Source: Verrucomicrobia subdivision 6 bacterium (lineage in GTDB: Bacteria; Verrucomicrobiota; Verrucomicrobiia; Methylacidiphilales; Verrucolacustridaceae). Taken from it: a stretch of DNA of 24,000 nt. The notes under the pieces are model-generated. The model searched no databases. It was not told the DNA's origin and saw only the letters and a list, made by a program, of their open reading frames with translations. The DNA lies in assembly GCA_947466515.1 (NCBI GenBank), contig CANIEM010000019.1, forward strand, positions 1 through 24,000. Reading direction: 5' to 3'. A program made the translations under genes and the position numbers. Of this stretch, positions 16,092 through 22,949 are shown piece after piece; position 1 is the first letter of the stretch, and the number at the start of each line of letters is the position of its first letter.

Positions 16092-16787
16092 TTACGAACA
16101 GCGACGACACACTAACGCCAATCCGCCTAAGCCAAAGGCGAGTATCGAAAGAGTGGAGGGTTCAGGTATGGCATTAAAAACAACAGCCCCCACCTCAAGC
16201 CCGCTTGCCCGAGGAATTGAGCCAGCCGCCGTGTCCTTCCAAATTAATTGCAGGGTATCCCCAGCATCCGCGTCGGTAAAAACAGGGTTGAAAGAATAGT
16301 TTTTCCAACTCCCGACCGAACCAGTAATCGATTGAGACACGATGGACCTAGCGTCTGTAACATTATAAAGCTGGAAAGAGCTTGAACTAACGGCCGAACG
16401 ATAACCCATATCAAAAGAAATCGTATTCCCGTCCCAAATAGCGGGATGGTTTGTGGGCAAAACCACGGTAACTGCCACCTGCCAAATAGAACCAGATGTC
16501 GGCTCTGATCCTGAAGTTTGCGAAAATACTTCAAATCCCCCATGGCTCGTTGGCATATTTCGAGCAGTCGAACCATTCCTGTCGTAGACCTCCGATCCAT
16601 TAGGCGAAACCGAACCCGTTACATTCGACCAGACCCAGTTCAAACCATTATGCGACCAGGTCGTTCCGGTGACCACTCCCGCACCCGTAGAGAAATCTTC
16701 ATTGATGAGTGCGATCGTCGTGACTGCCTTTGCATGAATTGGTATTAATACCATCATCATAAATAAAATAATGAAAAACGATCGCAT
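16092..16787 (-). CDS. PEP-CTERM sorting-domain secreted protein
   Basis: 231-aa ORF with ATG at 16787..16785 and signal peptide MRSFFIILFMMMVLIPIHAKA. The C-terminus is IPEPSTLSILAFGLGGLALVCRRCS. Confidence 0.85.
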   Translation of the reverse strand: MRSFFIILFMMMVLIPIHAKAVTTIALINEDFSTGAGVVTGTTWSHNGLNWVWSNVTGSVSPNGSEVYDRNGSTARNMPTSHGGFEVFSQTSGSEPTSGSIWQVAVTVVLPTNHPAIWDGNTISFDMGYRSAVSSSSFQLYNVTDARSIVSQSITGSVGSWKNYSFNPVFTDADAGDTLQLIWKDTAAGSIPRASGLEVGAVVFNAIPEPSTLSILAFGLGGLALVCRRCS

Positions 16788-16951
16788 TTAGCTAAGTAAG
16801 CAACTTTCACTAACTATGCAATATCCCGAAAGGGCTATTGCTCTTAAGTGGCGAGCTGAAAAGTCGTGCTCGTAACCCGAGACCCCATAAACCCACCCTT
16901 TTAGCGAATTGTGTTGGTTTCCTTTTTTAAGTTTCATAGTTTTTGCAAAAC

Positions 16952-17467
16952 ATGGTCATTTCGCAAAAAACAACTGAGTGCTGTTCGGTGTCCCGTCTAT
17001 GCGATTTCCCTTCATTCGCTCCGTTTCTGGCAGCAGCCCATGCCCGGGAGTGGAGGCACCTTTATGCCAACTGGAATCAAGACACTGCTCTGGGTGATTT
17101 CCAAATGGAAAAAGGCATCACCGATTTACCGACTACTTGGGTCATCCACCATCAATCTGGTGCCCTCGTGGGATCGGTCAGCTTGCTGATGGATGATCTG
17201 CCAGGTCATCCTGATTTAAATCCCTGGTTGGCTAGTCTCTTTGTCTTTCCGGAGTTTCGGAGTCTTGGACTGGGAAGAATTCTAGTTCAGAAAGCCCTAG
17301 ATGTTCTCCGCTACCATCAATTTCCGCACGCATTCCTGTTTACCGAAAACAAAACCTCCTTCTTTTCAAATTTTAATTTCGGTATTCACAGCCAGACAAA
17401 AGCGGAAGGACATGAAGTAACCCTGATGAAGTGGACAAATCCCAAGCCCATCAACGACAAAAGCTAA
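16952..17467 (+). CDS. GNAT-family N-acetyltransferase
   Basis: ORF track 16943..17467 opens on TTG; the first ATG is 16952. The acetyl-CoA binding motif A region is LFVFPEFRSLGLGRILVQKALDVL. The size (~171 aa) is typical. Confidence 0.7.
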   Translation: MVISQKTTECCSVSRLCDFPSFAPFLAAAHAREWRHLYANWNQDTALGDFQMEKGITDLPTTWVIHHQSGALVGSVSLLMDDLPGHPDLNPWLASLFVFPEFRSLGLGRILVQKALDVLRYHQFPHAFLFTENKTSFFSNFNFGIHSQTKAEGHEVTLMKWTNPKPINDKS

Positions 17468-17518
17468 GTTGTGTCCAAGTTGCATAATTTATTTGCCGTA
17501 AGTACTTACTTGTTAATT

Positions 17519-17538
17519 TGGTGCGGCTGGAGGAAATC
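17519..17538 (-). pseudogene. orphan copy of the 3' end of tRNA-Gly(UCC), including CCA
   Basis: The reverse strand reads GATTTCCTCCAGCCGCACCA. The intact gene at 17727-17797 ends GATTCCCTCCAGCCGCA, so the match is 16/17 and the fragment adds CCA, which the intact gene does not encode. It lies 189 nt downstream of the intact tRNA in the same orientation. Confidence 0.65.
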
Positions 17539-17726
17539 CCGCCGCGTAAGCGGATATATTTTCCATGCCGGAGGCGTAAATAGGATAGGCCAGGGTTGGG
17601 TGTGCGGGGGCCAATTCCGGCGCGAAGCGCAAACCCTTTCCATCATGGAATGACATTTAAGAATGGGTAGGGACAAGTCTTAAAGGACCAATCGAACCCG
17701 TGGTTATCTTTTCTTACCAAAAAATG

Positions 17727-17797
17727 TGCGGCTGGAGGGAATCGAACCCTCGTGTCTAGCTTGGAAGGCTAGCGTTCTACCATTGAACTACAGCCGC
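17727..17797 (-). tRNA. tRNA-Gly (anticodon UCC)
   Basis: Folded by hand: GCGGCTG TA GTTC AATGGTA GAAC G CTAGC CTTCCAA GCTAG ACAC GAGGG TTCGATT CCCTC CAGCCGC A. All four stems are fully paired and CCA is not encoded. Confidence 0.95.
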
Positions 17798-17805
17798 AAA
17801 CCATC

Positions 17806-17879
17806 TGCGCCGTAGAGGATTTGAACCTCTAACCTCCTGATTCGTAGTCAGGTGCTCTATCCAGTTGAGCTAACAGCGC
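17806..17879 (-). tRNA. tRNA-Arg (anticodon ACG)
   Basis: Folded by hand: GCGCTGT TA GCTC AACTGGATA GAGC A CCTGA CTACGAA TCAGG AGGTT AGAGG TTCAAAT CCTCT ACGGCGC A. The acceptor stem has one G-U pair and the other stems are perfect. Confidence 0.95.
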
Positions 17880-17897
17880 TTGAAAGGCAATCCTACC

Positions 17898-18893
17898 TCA
17901 AGGCGTCTTCTCGGGCAATCCTGAGGAACCCCTCTCCAAACTCCCCCGCAACTCCTTCACCCACTCCTCCAACTTCGGATGATACGGACACGTTCGCAAA
18001 ATCTCCATCTTCTGCGCCCACGCCGCCTCCTTCTCCCCCAACGCCTCCTGATCCGACGCCCTCTCCCACAAAAGCTCAGGCCTCTTTAATATCTTATAAT
18101 CGTCCGCCCCCAATGTCTTCACCTTCTTCTCCACCCTCTCATCCATCCGCGCAATTCGCTGATCCCATAACCGCAACAGCTCCTTATTTTTTTCTTCCAA
18201 CAAGCGCGGTCGCAAAACTTTCTTAAAAATCGCTGCCTCATTTCCAGCCGCCACATCCGCCGCCGGCACCTCCTCCAAGAAACCACCAATCTGCCGATCC
18301 CGTACCAGTGGACTCTGCTTCGCCGGTTGATCAAACATTCCAGTGCCCTGCTTTTTCAAAGCGTCCGATCTCTTCTTTCCCTTGCTCTGGGCTCCCGCTG
18401 GCGGGCTAACCACCGCCTCTTCTACCTCCGTGGAGTTCTCAGGCTTTGTTAAATCATGGTAGTAGGCCAACCACTCCGCCGCCGTCGGTCTCTCCTTCTC
18501 ACCCAAAGCCTCCCGACAAACCAACGCCACGTAGCGCACCTGCAACTGAGCACTCTCGCCAAAAGCTACCGAAGAAATCATCTCCTTCTCCTGCACCCGC
18601 CAATCGCCAAAACGTGTATCCCCATCCTGCGTCCGCCCAAACTCCACATTCCGATAACTCTCCAAATAAACCTGCACCGCCTTGATCCGCTCCTGCCCCG
18701 CTTCCGCCAAATCTCGCGCCGCTTTGCTCAACACCTCCCTCGTCATCTTCTCATTCTTTGCCACCAACGCGGTTAACTCGGCCAACGCCTTCGTCCGATC
18801 CATCTTCTCCTCCCCCCATCCCGTCCCCCCCAGTAAAACCCACCCGCCCAGCACCAACCCAAGTCGGCCCATCTGCATAAAATATTGCCCCAT
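17898..18893 (-). CDS. hypothetical protein, N-terminal signal/anchor, helical and charged, no recognisable domain
   Basis: ORF track 17898..19013 opens on TTG inside the opposite-strand tRNA-Tyr, so that start is unlikely. ATGs at 18893, 18878 and 18872 precede the hydrophobic GRLGLVLGGWVLLGGTGWG. GGAGG lies just upstream of 18893. The long open frame opposite only Pro/Ser-rich junk frames supports coding. Confidence 0.6.
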   Translation of the reverse strand: MGQYFMQMGRLGLVLGGWVLLGGTGWGEEKMDRTKALAELTALVAKNEKMTREVLSKAARDLAEAGQERIKAVQVYLESYRNVEFGRTQDGDTRFGDWRVQEKEMISSVAFGESAQLQVRYVALVCREALGEKERPTAAEWLAYYHDLTKPENSTEVEEAVVSPPAGAQSKGKKRSDALKKQGTGMFDQPAKQSPLVRDRQIGGFLEEVPAADVAAGNEAAIFKKVLRPRLLEEKNKELLRLWDQRIARMDERVEKKVKTLGADDYKILKRPELLWERASDQEALGEKEAAWAQKMEILRTCPYHPKLEEWVKELRGSLERGSSGLPEKTP

Positions 18894-18991
18894 TCCTCCA
18901 CCCTGAACCACCCCATCCTCCCAAACCAACTTTTTATTCTCAGGGGTTCCCTTTTGACCCCATCCCCATTTTTTGCGATGCTTTCTAATTC

Positions 18992-19074
18992 GGGCGGATA
19001 CCGAAGTGGCCAAACGGGGCAGACTGTAAATCTGCTGGCTTACGCCTTCGCTGGTTCGAATCCAGCTCCGCCCA
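18992..19074 (+). tRNA. tRNA-Tyr (anticodon GUA), long variable arm
   Basis: GGGCGGA TA CCGAAGTGGCCAAACGG G GCAGA CTGTAAA TCTGC TGGCTTACGCCTTC GCTGG TTCGAAT CCAGC TCCGCCC A. This is close to the E. coli tRNA-Tyr layout as I remember it. Confidence 0.9.
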
Positions 19075-19138
19075 ACTTCTTCCCAATCCCACTCACCTCC
19101 GACTTCTCTCCCCCCCTTTTCCCCGCTACCACTTTCCT

Positions 19139-19504
19139 ATGCCCTACTCCCTCCTCCCCTACGAACACCACCGCCAACCCCTCGCCACCCACCCCGTATT
19201 TCTTCTCCGTCTACTCCAACATTTCGGTATGGCCATCATTCTTCTCACCATCACTCTCGCAGCCGGCGTCCTCGGATATCACGAAATCGGTGGCCTCCCA
19301 TGGGCCAATGCCATCGTCGAATCCTCTATGCTCATGGGCGGTATGGGACCCGTCTACGGATTCGAACTCCCCTCCACCGCCGCCAAACTCTTCTCCGCAG
19401 GCTATGCCCTCTTCTGTGGACTCATCCTCATCGCCCTCTTCGGTATCATTCTTGCCCCCGTCTTTCATCGCATCCTCCACCGCCTCCACGTCGCTCAAAA
19501 ATAA
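19139..19504 (+). CDS. small integral membrane protein, two-TM K+-channel-like fold with non-canonical pore loop (tentative)
   Basis: 121-aa ORF with ATG at 19139. TM1 is MAIILLTITLAAGVLGY. The pore-helix-like stretch is LPWANAIVESSMLMGGMGPV. TM2 is AAKLFSAGYALFCGLILIALFGIILAPVF. The spacing mirrors 2TM channels (..LS..DALYFS..TLTTVGYGD..P.T..GKLF....IL.GI..), but TVGYG is replaced by GGMGP. Confidence 0.55.
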   Translation: MPYSLLPYEHHRQPLATHPVFLLRLLQHFGMAIILLTITLAAGVLGYHEIGGLPWANAIVESSMLMGGMGPVYGFELPSTAAKLFSAGYALFCGLILIALFGIILAPVFHRILHRLHVAQK

Positions 19505-19512
19505 AAAAGCCC

Positions 19513-19941
19513 GTGAAAGATAAATGGATTCAACTCGCGCTACGTCTCGCCGAGGCTACCGCCCCCACCAGCTCCGACCGCTATCACAAGGTCGGTTGCG
19601 CCGTCCTGCGTAAAGAAGGCAGTGTTTGCGGTATCGGCTTCAACGGCCAGCCCCCAGGAGTTGACCTCACAGAAGACGAATCCCTCCATCGCGATTTCCG
19701 CCGCCGCCTCACTACCCACGCCGAGAGCAACGCCCTCGCTTTCTGTAAACCAGGCGACCCTTACCTACTCGCCGTCACCCTCCCACCCTGCGATCGCTGC
19801 CTCGTAGACGCCGCCCGCTACGGAGTCAAAATCATCGTCTGCCACCCCAGCCCCGAACCCGATACCCACCCCGTTCCCTACGAACTCGCCAAACGCTTGA
19901 ACGTAGAAATCAGGGTAATTCCAGCGGGAATCAGGGGTTAA
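19513..19941 (+). CDS. CMP/dCMP-type zinc deaminase (dCMP deaminase / ComEB-like)
   Basis: ORF track 19300..19941 overlaps the previous gene in another frame. The domain starts after an in-frame GTG at 19513 (MKDKWIQLALRLAEATA..). The zinc motifs are THAESNAL (H-A-E) and LPPCDRCLVDAARYGVKIIV (P-C-x-x-C). Confidence 0.75.
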   Translation: MKDKWIQLALRLAEATAPTSSDRYHKVGCAVLRKEGSVCGIGFNGQPPGVDLTEDESLHRDFRRRLTTHAESNALAFCKPGDPYLLAVTLPPCDRCLVDAARYGVKIIVCHPSPEPDTHPVPYELAKRLNVEIRVIPAGIRG

Positions 19942-20119
19942 GGGATTAGGGGATTAAGGAACTAAAGAGATGAGGGATCATCGGAACGGACCCCGTCCAC
20001 CGGTAGGGCCCCGACCCGCGCCGGTGCCGATTCAGCCACTCAAAACTACCACCCAAGGGCGCATCCGCGTTGAATCCATGCGGTGACGCGTCCCGGGAAT
20101 GCGGGACGTGAGTATTCCA

Positions 20120-20207
20120 CGCGTAAGCGCGTCTGCATCCCGCACCTCACGACTCATCACCCGAAAAACCCAGGTAGGGCGGTCTCTCCGAGAACGCCTG
20201 AGCTCAA
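20120..20207 (+). repeat. composite GC-rich intergenic repeat, copy 2 (lacks the internal GCCCCGAC hairpin module of copy 1)
   Basis: cgcgtaagcgcgtctgcatcccgc ... aaaaacccaggtagggcggtctctccgagaacgcctgagctcaa. Both ends align by eye with 14441-14457 and 14519-14563. Confidence 0.65.
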
Positions 20208-20283
20208 CGCCATCCCCCCCCCTCGTCATTCCCACATTCTTGGGAATGTTGGAACGTCCCCGCTCCACCCTCCTTAGCGTCCG

Positions 20284-20328
20284 TTGCGACCCGCGTCTGC
20301 GCCCCGTACTCCTGTCGGGGCTTTGCGC
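20284..20328 (+). repeat. GCGTCTGC-GCCCCG...CGGGGC hairpin repeat (copy flanking the hepT side of the TA pair)
   Basis: ttgcgacccgcgtctgcgccccgtactcctgtcggggctttgcgc, a direct repeat of 21238-21282. The stem is gccccg/cggggc with a 9-nt loop. Confidence 0.75.
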
Positions 20329-20445
20329 GCGAAATCGCTTCCGGTAAGTGAGGGACGTGAGGAAAAAGCTTTCTGGAGCAGAGATCAGTTTTCAATCTAC
20401 CGAAGTTGGTGTTTTGGCCTTTTCAGCGAGGGTGCCTCGAAGGGT

Positions 20446-20796
20446 TCAGTTGGAGCGGTACTTGTCCAACAACCGATGAACGGTCTTCTCAAGTTCTGGA
20501 AACTGCAGTTGCACCGCATCCCAAAGAACCTCGTACTGCACATCCTCATACCCGTGACTAATCACATCCCTCATTCCAGAAATCTTTTTCCACGGAATCT
20601 CTGGTGCCTCCTCTTTCACATCCCCTGGAAGTCGCTTCACCGCCTCCCCTACCAGTTCCATCACCCTTTCAAAAGCCCGCAGGGTCACCTGATCATGAAG
20701 GATTTTATCGATCGCAGTTCCCGCCGCCAATTGACGGGCCTCGCGAATGAAATCGAGGAGCTGAGCGAGGGTAACCCCTGCGTCATGCCTGCTCAT
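20446..20796 (-). CDS. hepT: HepT-family (DUF86, HEPN) toxin of a type VII toxin-antitoxin pair
   Basis: 116-aa ORF with ATG at 20796..20794. The R-x4-H-x-Y HEPN motif is GMRDVISHGYEDV. It overlaps the upstream nucleotidyltransferase gene by 14 nt. Confidence 0.85.
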   Translation of the reverse strand: MSRHDAGVTLAQLLDFIREARQLAAGTAIDKILHDQVTLRAFERVMELVGEAVKRLPGDVKEEAPEIPWKKISGMRDVISHGYEDVQYEVLWDAVQLQFPELEKTVHRLLDKYRSN

Positions 20797-21100
20797 AGAG
20801 CGGCACTAATTCATCTTCGATCAGAGTTCGAACCCGCGGATCGAGACGTGAACAAAAATCCACCTTCTTGCCCAAAATCTGCGAAAGCTCATGCCCATAA
20901 CCAAAGTAGTCCCAACCAATGCCCCGAAGAGCCCCAGGAAGAAACTCCGCCAACACGTCTACATCGCTCGTCTCCGACAGATAGTCGTCCCGTACAACCG
21001 AGCCAAAGAGACTTAGCTTTCGAATGCCCCTTTTTCGGCAAAATTCTTCCACCCCAGATGTCTTCAAACAGAGATTTTTTGCCTTGGCTGGTGCGATCAT
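20783..21100 (-). CDS. mntA: MntA-family minimal nucleotidyltransferase antitoxin
   Basis: 105-aa ORF with ATG at 21100..21098 and GGAGG 8 nt upstream. The nucleotidyltransferase signature is LFGSVVRDDYLSETSDVDVLAEF (G-S-x-x-R ... D-x-D). A TTGACA hexamer lies on the coding strand at 21178..21173. Confidence 0.85.
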   Translation of the reverse strand: MIAPAKAKNLCLKTSGVEEFCRKRGIRKLSLFGSVVRDDYLSETSDVDVLAEFLPGALRGIGWDYFGYGHELSQILGKKVDFCSRLDPRVRTLIEDELVPLYEQA

Positions 21101-21237
21101 AGGGCGCCTCCGTTAAGTTGAACTTGAATTATGAAGCTCCTCACAACCCAATTTTCGCCCCCCTCGCCCTTATGTCAACTCAACCCGCGCCTCAATTTGA
21201 AGGTTTCGGGGTCAGAAGGCTAATCTCCAATTTTGCT

Positions 21238-21282
21238 TTGCGTTCCGCGTCTGCGCCCCGACCCGCGTCGGGGCTTAGCGGC
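21238..21282 (+). repeat. GCGTCTGC-GCCCCGAC-ccgc-GTCGGGGC hairpin repeat (between pheS stop and mntA)
   Basis: ttgcgttccgcgtctgcgccccgacccgcgtcggggcttagcggc. It has a perfect 8-bp stem and 4-nt loop at 21255-21274, located 42 nt beyond the pheS stop. Confidence 0.8.
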
Positions 21283-21315
21283 CTTTGCGTGAATTCTCTC
21301 TAATCCCTTCTGCTA

Positions 21316-22356
21316 TCACACCGCGCCCGCGTGGCCAAACTGCTTTAAGAATCTCACGTCATTCTCGTAGAATAAGCGCAGATCAGGAATCCCGTGTCGG
21401 ACCATCGCGATCCTCTCTACTCCCAAGCCAAAAGCGTACCCACTAAACTTTTCTGGATCGACACCCACCCCACGCAAAACATTGGGATGGACCAATCCAC
21501 ACCCTGCAATCTCCAGCCACTCTTTCCCACGAAATGTTTTTCCAGGAATCGAAAAATCCACTTCAAAGCTCGGCTCGGTAAAGGGAAAGTAGTGGGGTCG
21601 GAAACGCACTATCGTTTCCTTGCCCAATAATTCTCGGAAGAAATACTCCAAAACCCCTTTCAAGTGAGGCAACCCAATCCCCTCCCCCACACAAAGCCCC
21701 TCCACTTGATGAAAAAAGATCCCGTGCGTCGCATCCACCTCATCCCGCCGATAACAACGCCCAGGAGCAATAATTTTGATCGGCGGTTTCCGGTTTTCTA
21801 AAACCCGAATTTGCACTGTCGAGGTCTGCGTCCGCAACAACCACCTCCCATGGGGTCCAGGCGGCAATTGCAGATAGAAAGTATCCTGCTCGTCCCGTGC
21901 TGGATGGTCCGCATGTGTATTCAACGCATCGAAATTGTGATACTCCGTTTCAATCTCAGGCCCGTCGGCCAAAGCAAAGCCCAACCGATGAAAAATATCG
22001 GTGATCCGATCTAAGGTCTGCGTCAAGACGTGCACCGCCCCCGAAGGAGAAGGTCGGCCTGGTAACGTCGAATCCAACTCTCCCGCCGCCGTCGCAGGCC
22101 CTGCACTCTCCCTACCCCCTTTTTCCGCCCACGCCTCCTCTAAAGATTTTCTCAGATCATTCGCCGCCTTACCCGCTGCCGGGCGCTCTGCTGGGGACAG
22201 GTTCTTTAATCCATCAAGAATTTTCTGGGCTTCTCCTTGGCGTCCCAAATAACGATTTCGCCAAATCTGCTGCTCAGGTCCAGATGTAGCCTTGGCAAGT
22301 TCCGCAAGGGCTTGTTGCCGAATCCCCTCGAAATCTGGGGACGATGGAAGGGACAC
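21316..22356 (-). CDS. pheS: phenylalanine--tRNA ligase alpha subunit
   Basis: 346-aa ORF with a GTG start at 22356..22354. The class II core motifs are recognisable: HPARDEQDTFYL, RTQTSTVQIR, PGRCYRRDEVDATHGIFFHQVEGL, RFRPHYFPFTEPSFEVD, LEIAGCGLVHPNVL and GYAFGLGVERIAM. It sits downstream of rplT as in most bacteria. Confidence 0.95.
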   Translation of the reverse strand: MSLPSSPDFEGIRQQALAELAKATSGPEQQIWRNRYLGRQGEAQKILDGLKNLSPAERPAAGKAANDLRKSLEEAWAEKGGRESAGPATAAGELDSTLPGRPSPSGAVHVLTQTLDRITDIFHRLGFALADGPEIETEYHNFDALNTHADHPARDEQDTFYLQLPPGPHGRWLLRTQTSTVQIRVLENRKPPIKIIAPGRCYRRDEVDATHGIFFHQVEGLCVGEGIGLPHLKGVLEYFFRELLGKETIVRFRPHYFPFTEPSFEVDFSIPGKTFRGKEWLEIAGCGLVHPNVLRGVGVDPEKFSGYAFGLGVERIAMVRHGIPDLRLFYENDVRFLKQFGHAGAV

Positions 22357-22371
22357 GGGCGGTCCCGTAAC

Positions 22372-22719
22372 TTAGGCGCGCGTGGCCGCGACCACGGCGG
22401 CAAACGCCGCGGGTTCGTGAATGGCCAAATCGGCCAAAATCTTCCGATCCAGCTCCACCCCAGCTTTGCGGAGTGCTCCGGCAAAGGAGCTGTAGTTCAT
22501 ACCTTGCAATTTGCAGGCCGCACTCAAACGAGCGATCCAGAGGTGACGAAAATTACGTTTCCGTGTCTTGCGATCCCGATACGACCAGTACTTGGCCTTC
22601 ATCGTCGCGTCTTTGGCGTAACGGAAAAGCTTACTACGACGCCCGCGATACCCCGCCGCGCTCGTAACTACACGTTTACGGCGTTCGCGGGAGGCTGGTG
22701 CATTGGTGGCGCGCGGCAT
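22372..22719 (-). CDS. rplT: 50S ribosomal protein L20
   Basis: 115 aa, with [64 protein letters not shown]... Confidence 0.95.
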   Translation of the reverse strand: MPRATNAPASRERRKRVVTSAAGYRGRRSKLFRYAKDATMKAKYWSYRDRKTRKRNFRHLWIARLSAACKLQGMNYSSFAGALRKAGVELDRKILADLAIHEPAAFAAVVAATRA

Positions 22720-22732
22720 GGTCGGGAGATCC

Positions 22733-22942
22733 TTAGCGGAAGGGCAGATTCTCGAGAATCCGCTTCATATCCGTTTTATCCAGTACCGCGATTTTACCTA
22801 AACGGCGCATCCGCTTGCGATTCTTGCTAGAGGCCAGATGGCGGCGCCCAGGCTTTCCGAACAAGATCTTCCCCGTACCAGTCACTTTAAAGCGCTTGGC
22901 AGCGGACTTCTTTGTTTTTCTGCGAGAGATTGGTTTGGGCAT
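22733..22942 (-). CDS. rpmI: 50S ribosomal protein L35
   Basis: 69 aa, with [42 protein letters not shown]. Confidence 0.95.
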   Translation of the reverse strand: MPKPISRRKTKKSAAKRFKVTGTGKILFGKPGRRHLASSKNRKRMRRLGKIAVLDKTDMKRILENLPFR

Positions 22943-22949
22943 GAGTACC

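Noticed and set aside
19300-19512. The ATG at 19300 as the start of the deaminase gene (213-aa version in the ORF track).
   Set aside because: That extension overlaps the 121-aa membrane-protein gene out of frame for ~200 nt and encodes Arg/Pro-rich junk. The deaminase homology begins just after the in-frame GTG at 19513, 8 nt past the upstream stop.
17852-19523. Plus-strand Pro/Ser-rich ORFs (17852..18226, 18446..18776, 18682..18906, 18885..19523).
   Set aside because: They are low-complexity shadow frames opposite the 331-aa gene. The 212-aa one reads straight through tRNA-Tyr and overlaps the better-supported 121-aa membrane-protein frame.
19942-20445. Whether the long structured gap encodes a known housekeeping RNA (RNase P RNA, tmRNA, SRP/4.5S, 6S).
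   Set aside because: On neither strand could I find the conserved strings I know: the GAGGAAAGTCC-type P4 of RNase P, the tRNA-like ends of tmRNA, or the GGAAGCAGCC-type SRP domain IV. An Infernal scan is needed to be sure.
20284-21102. A 272-aa plus-strand ORF, along with the other ORFs that translate the repeat regions (14446..14706, 20032..20395, 21118..21303, 12794..13047).
   Set aside because: The 272-aa ORF is antisense to the motif-supported hepT and mntA genes. The others are translations of GC-rich repeats or hairpins, or of the antisense strand of the PEP-CTERM gene.
20284-21282. The repeat-bracketed TA pair as an integron gene cassette with attC sites.
   Set aside because: The flanking repeats lack the RYYYAAC/GTTRRRY core sites and the bipartite attC symmetry. 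No intI gene or further cassettes are nearby.
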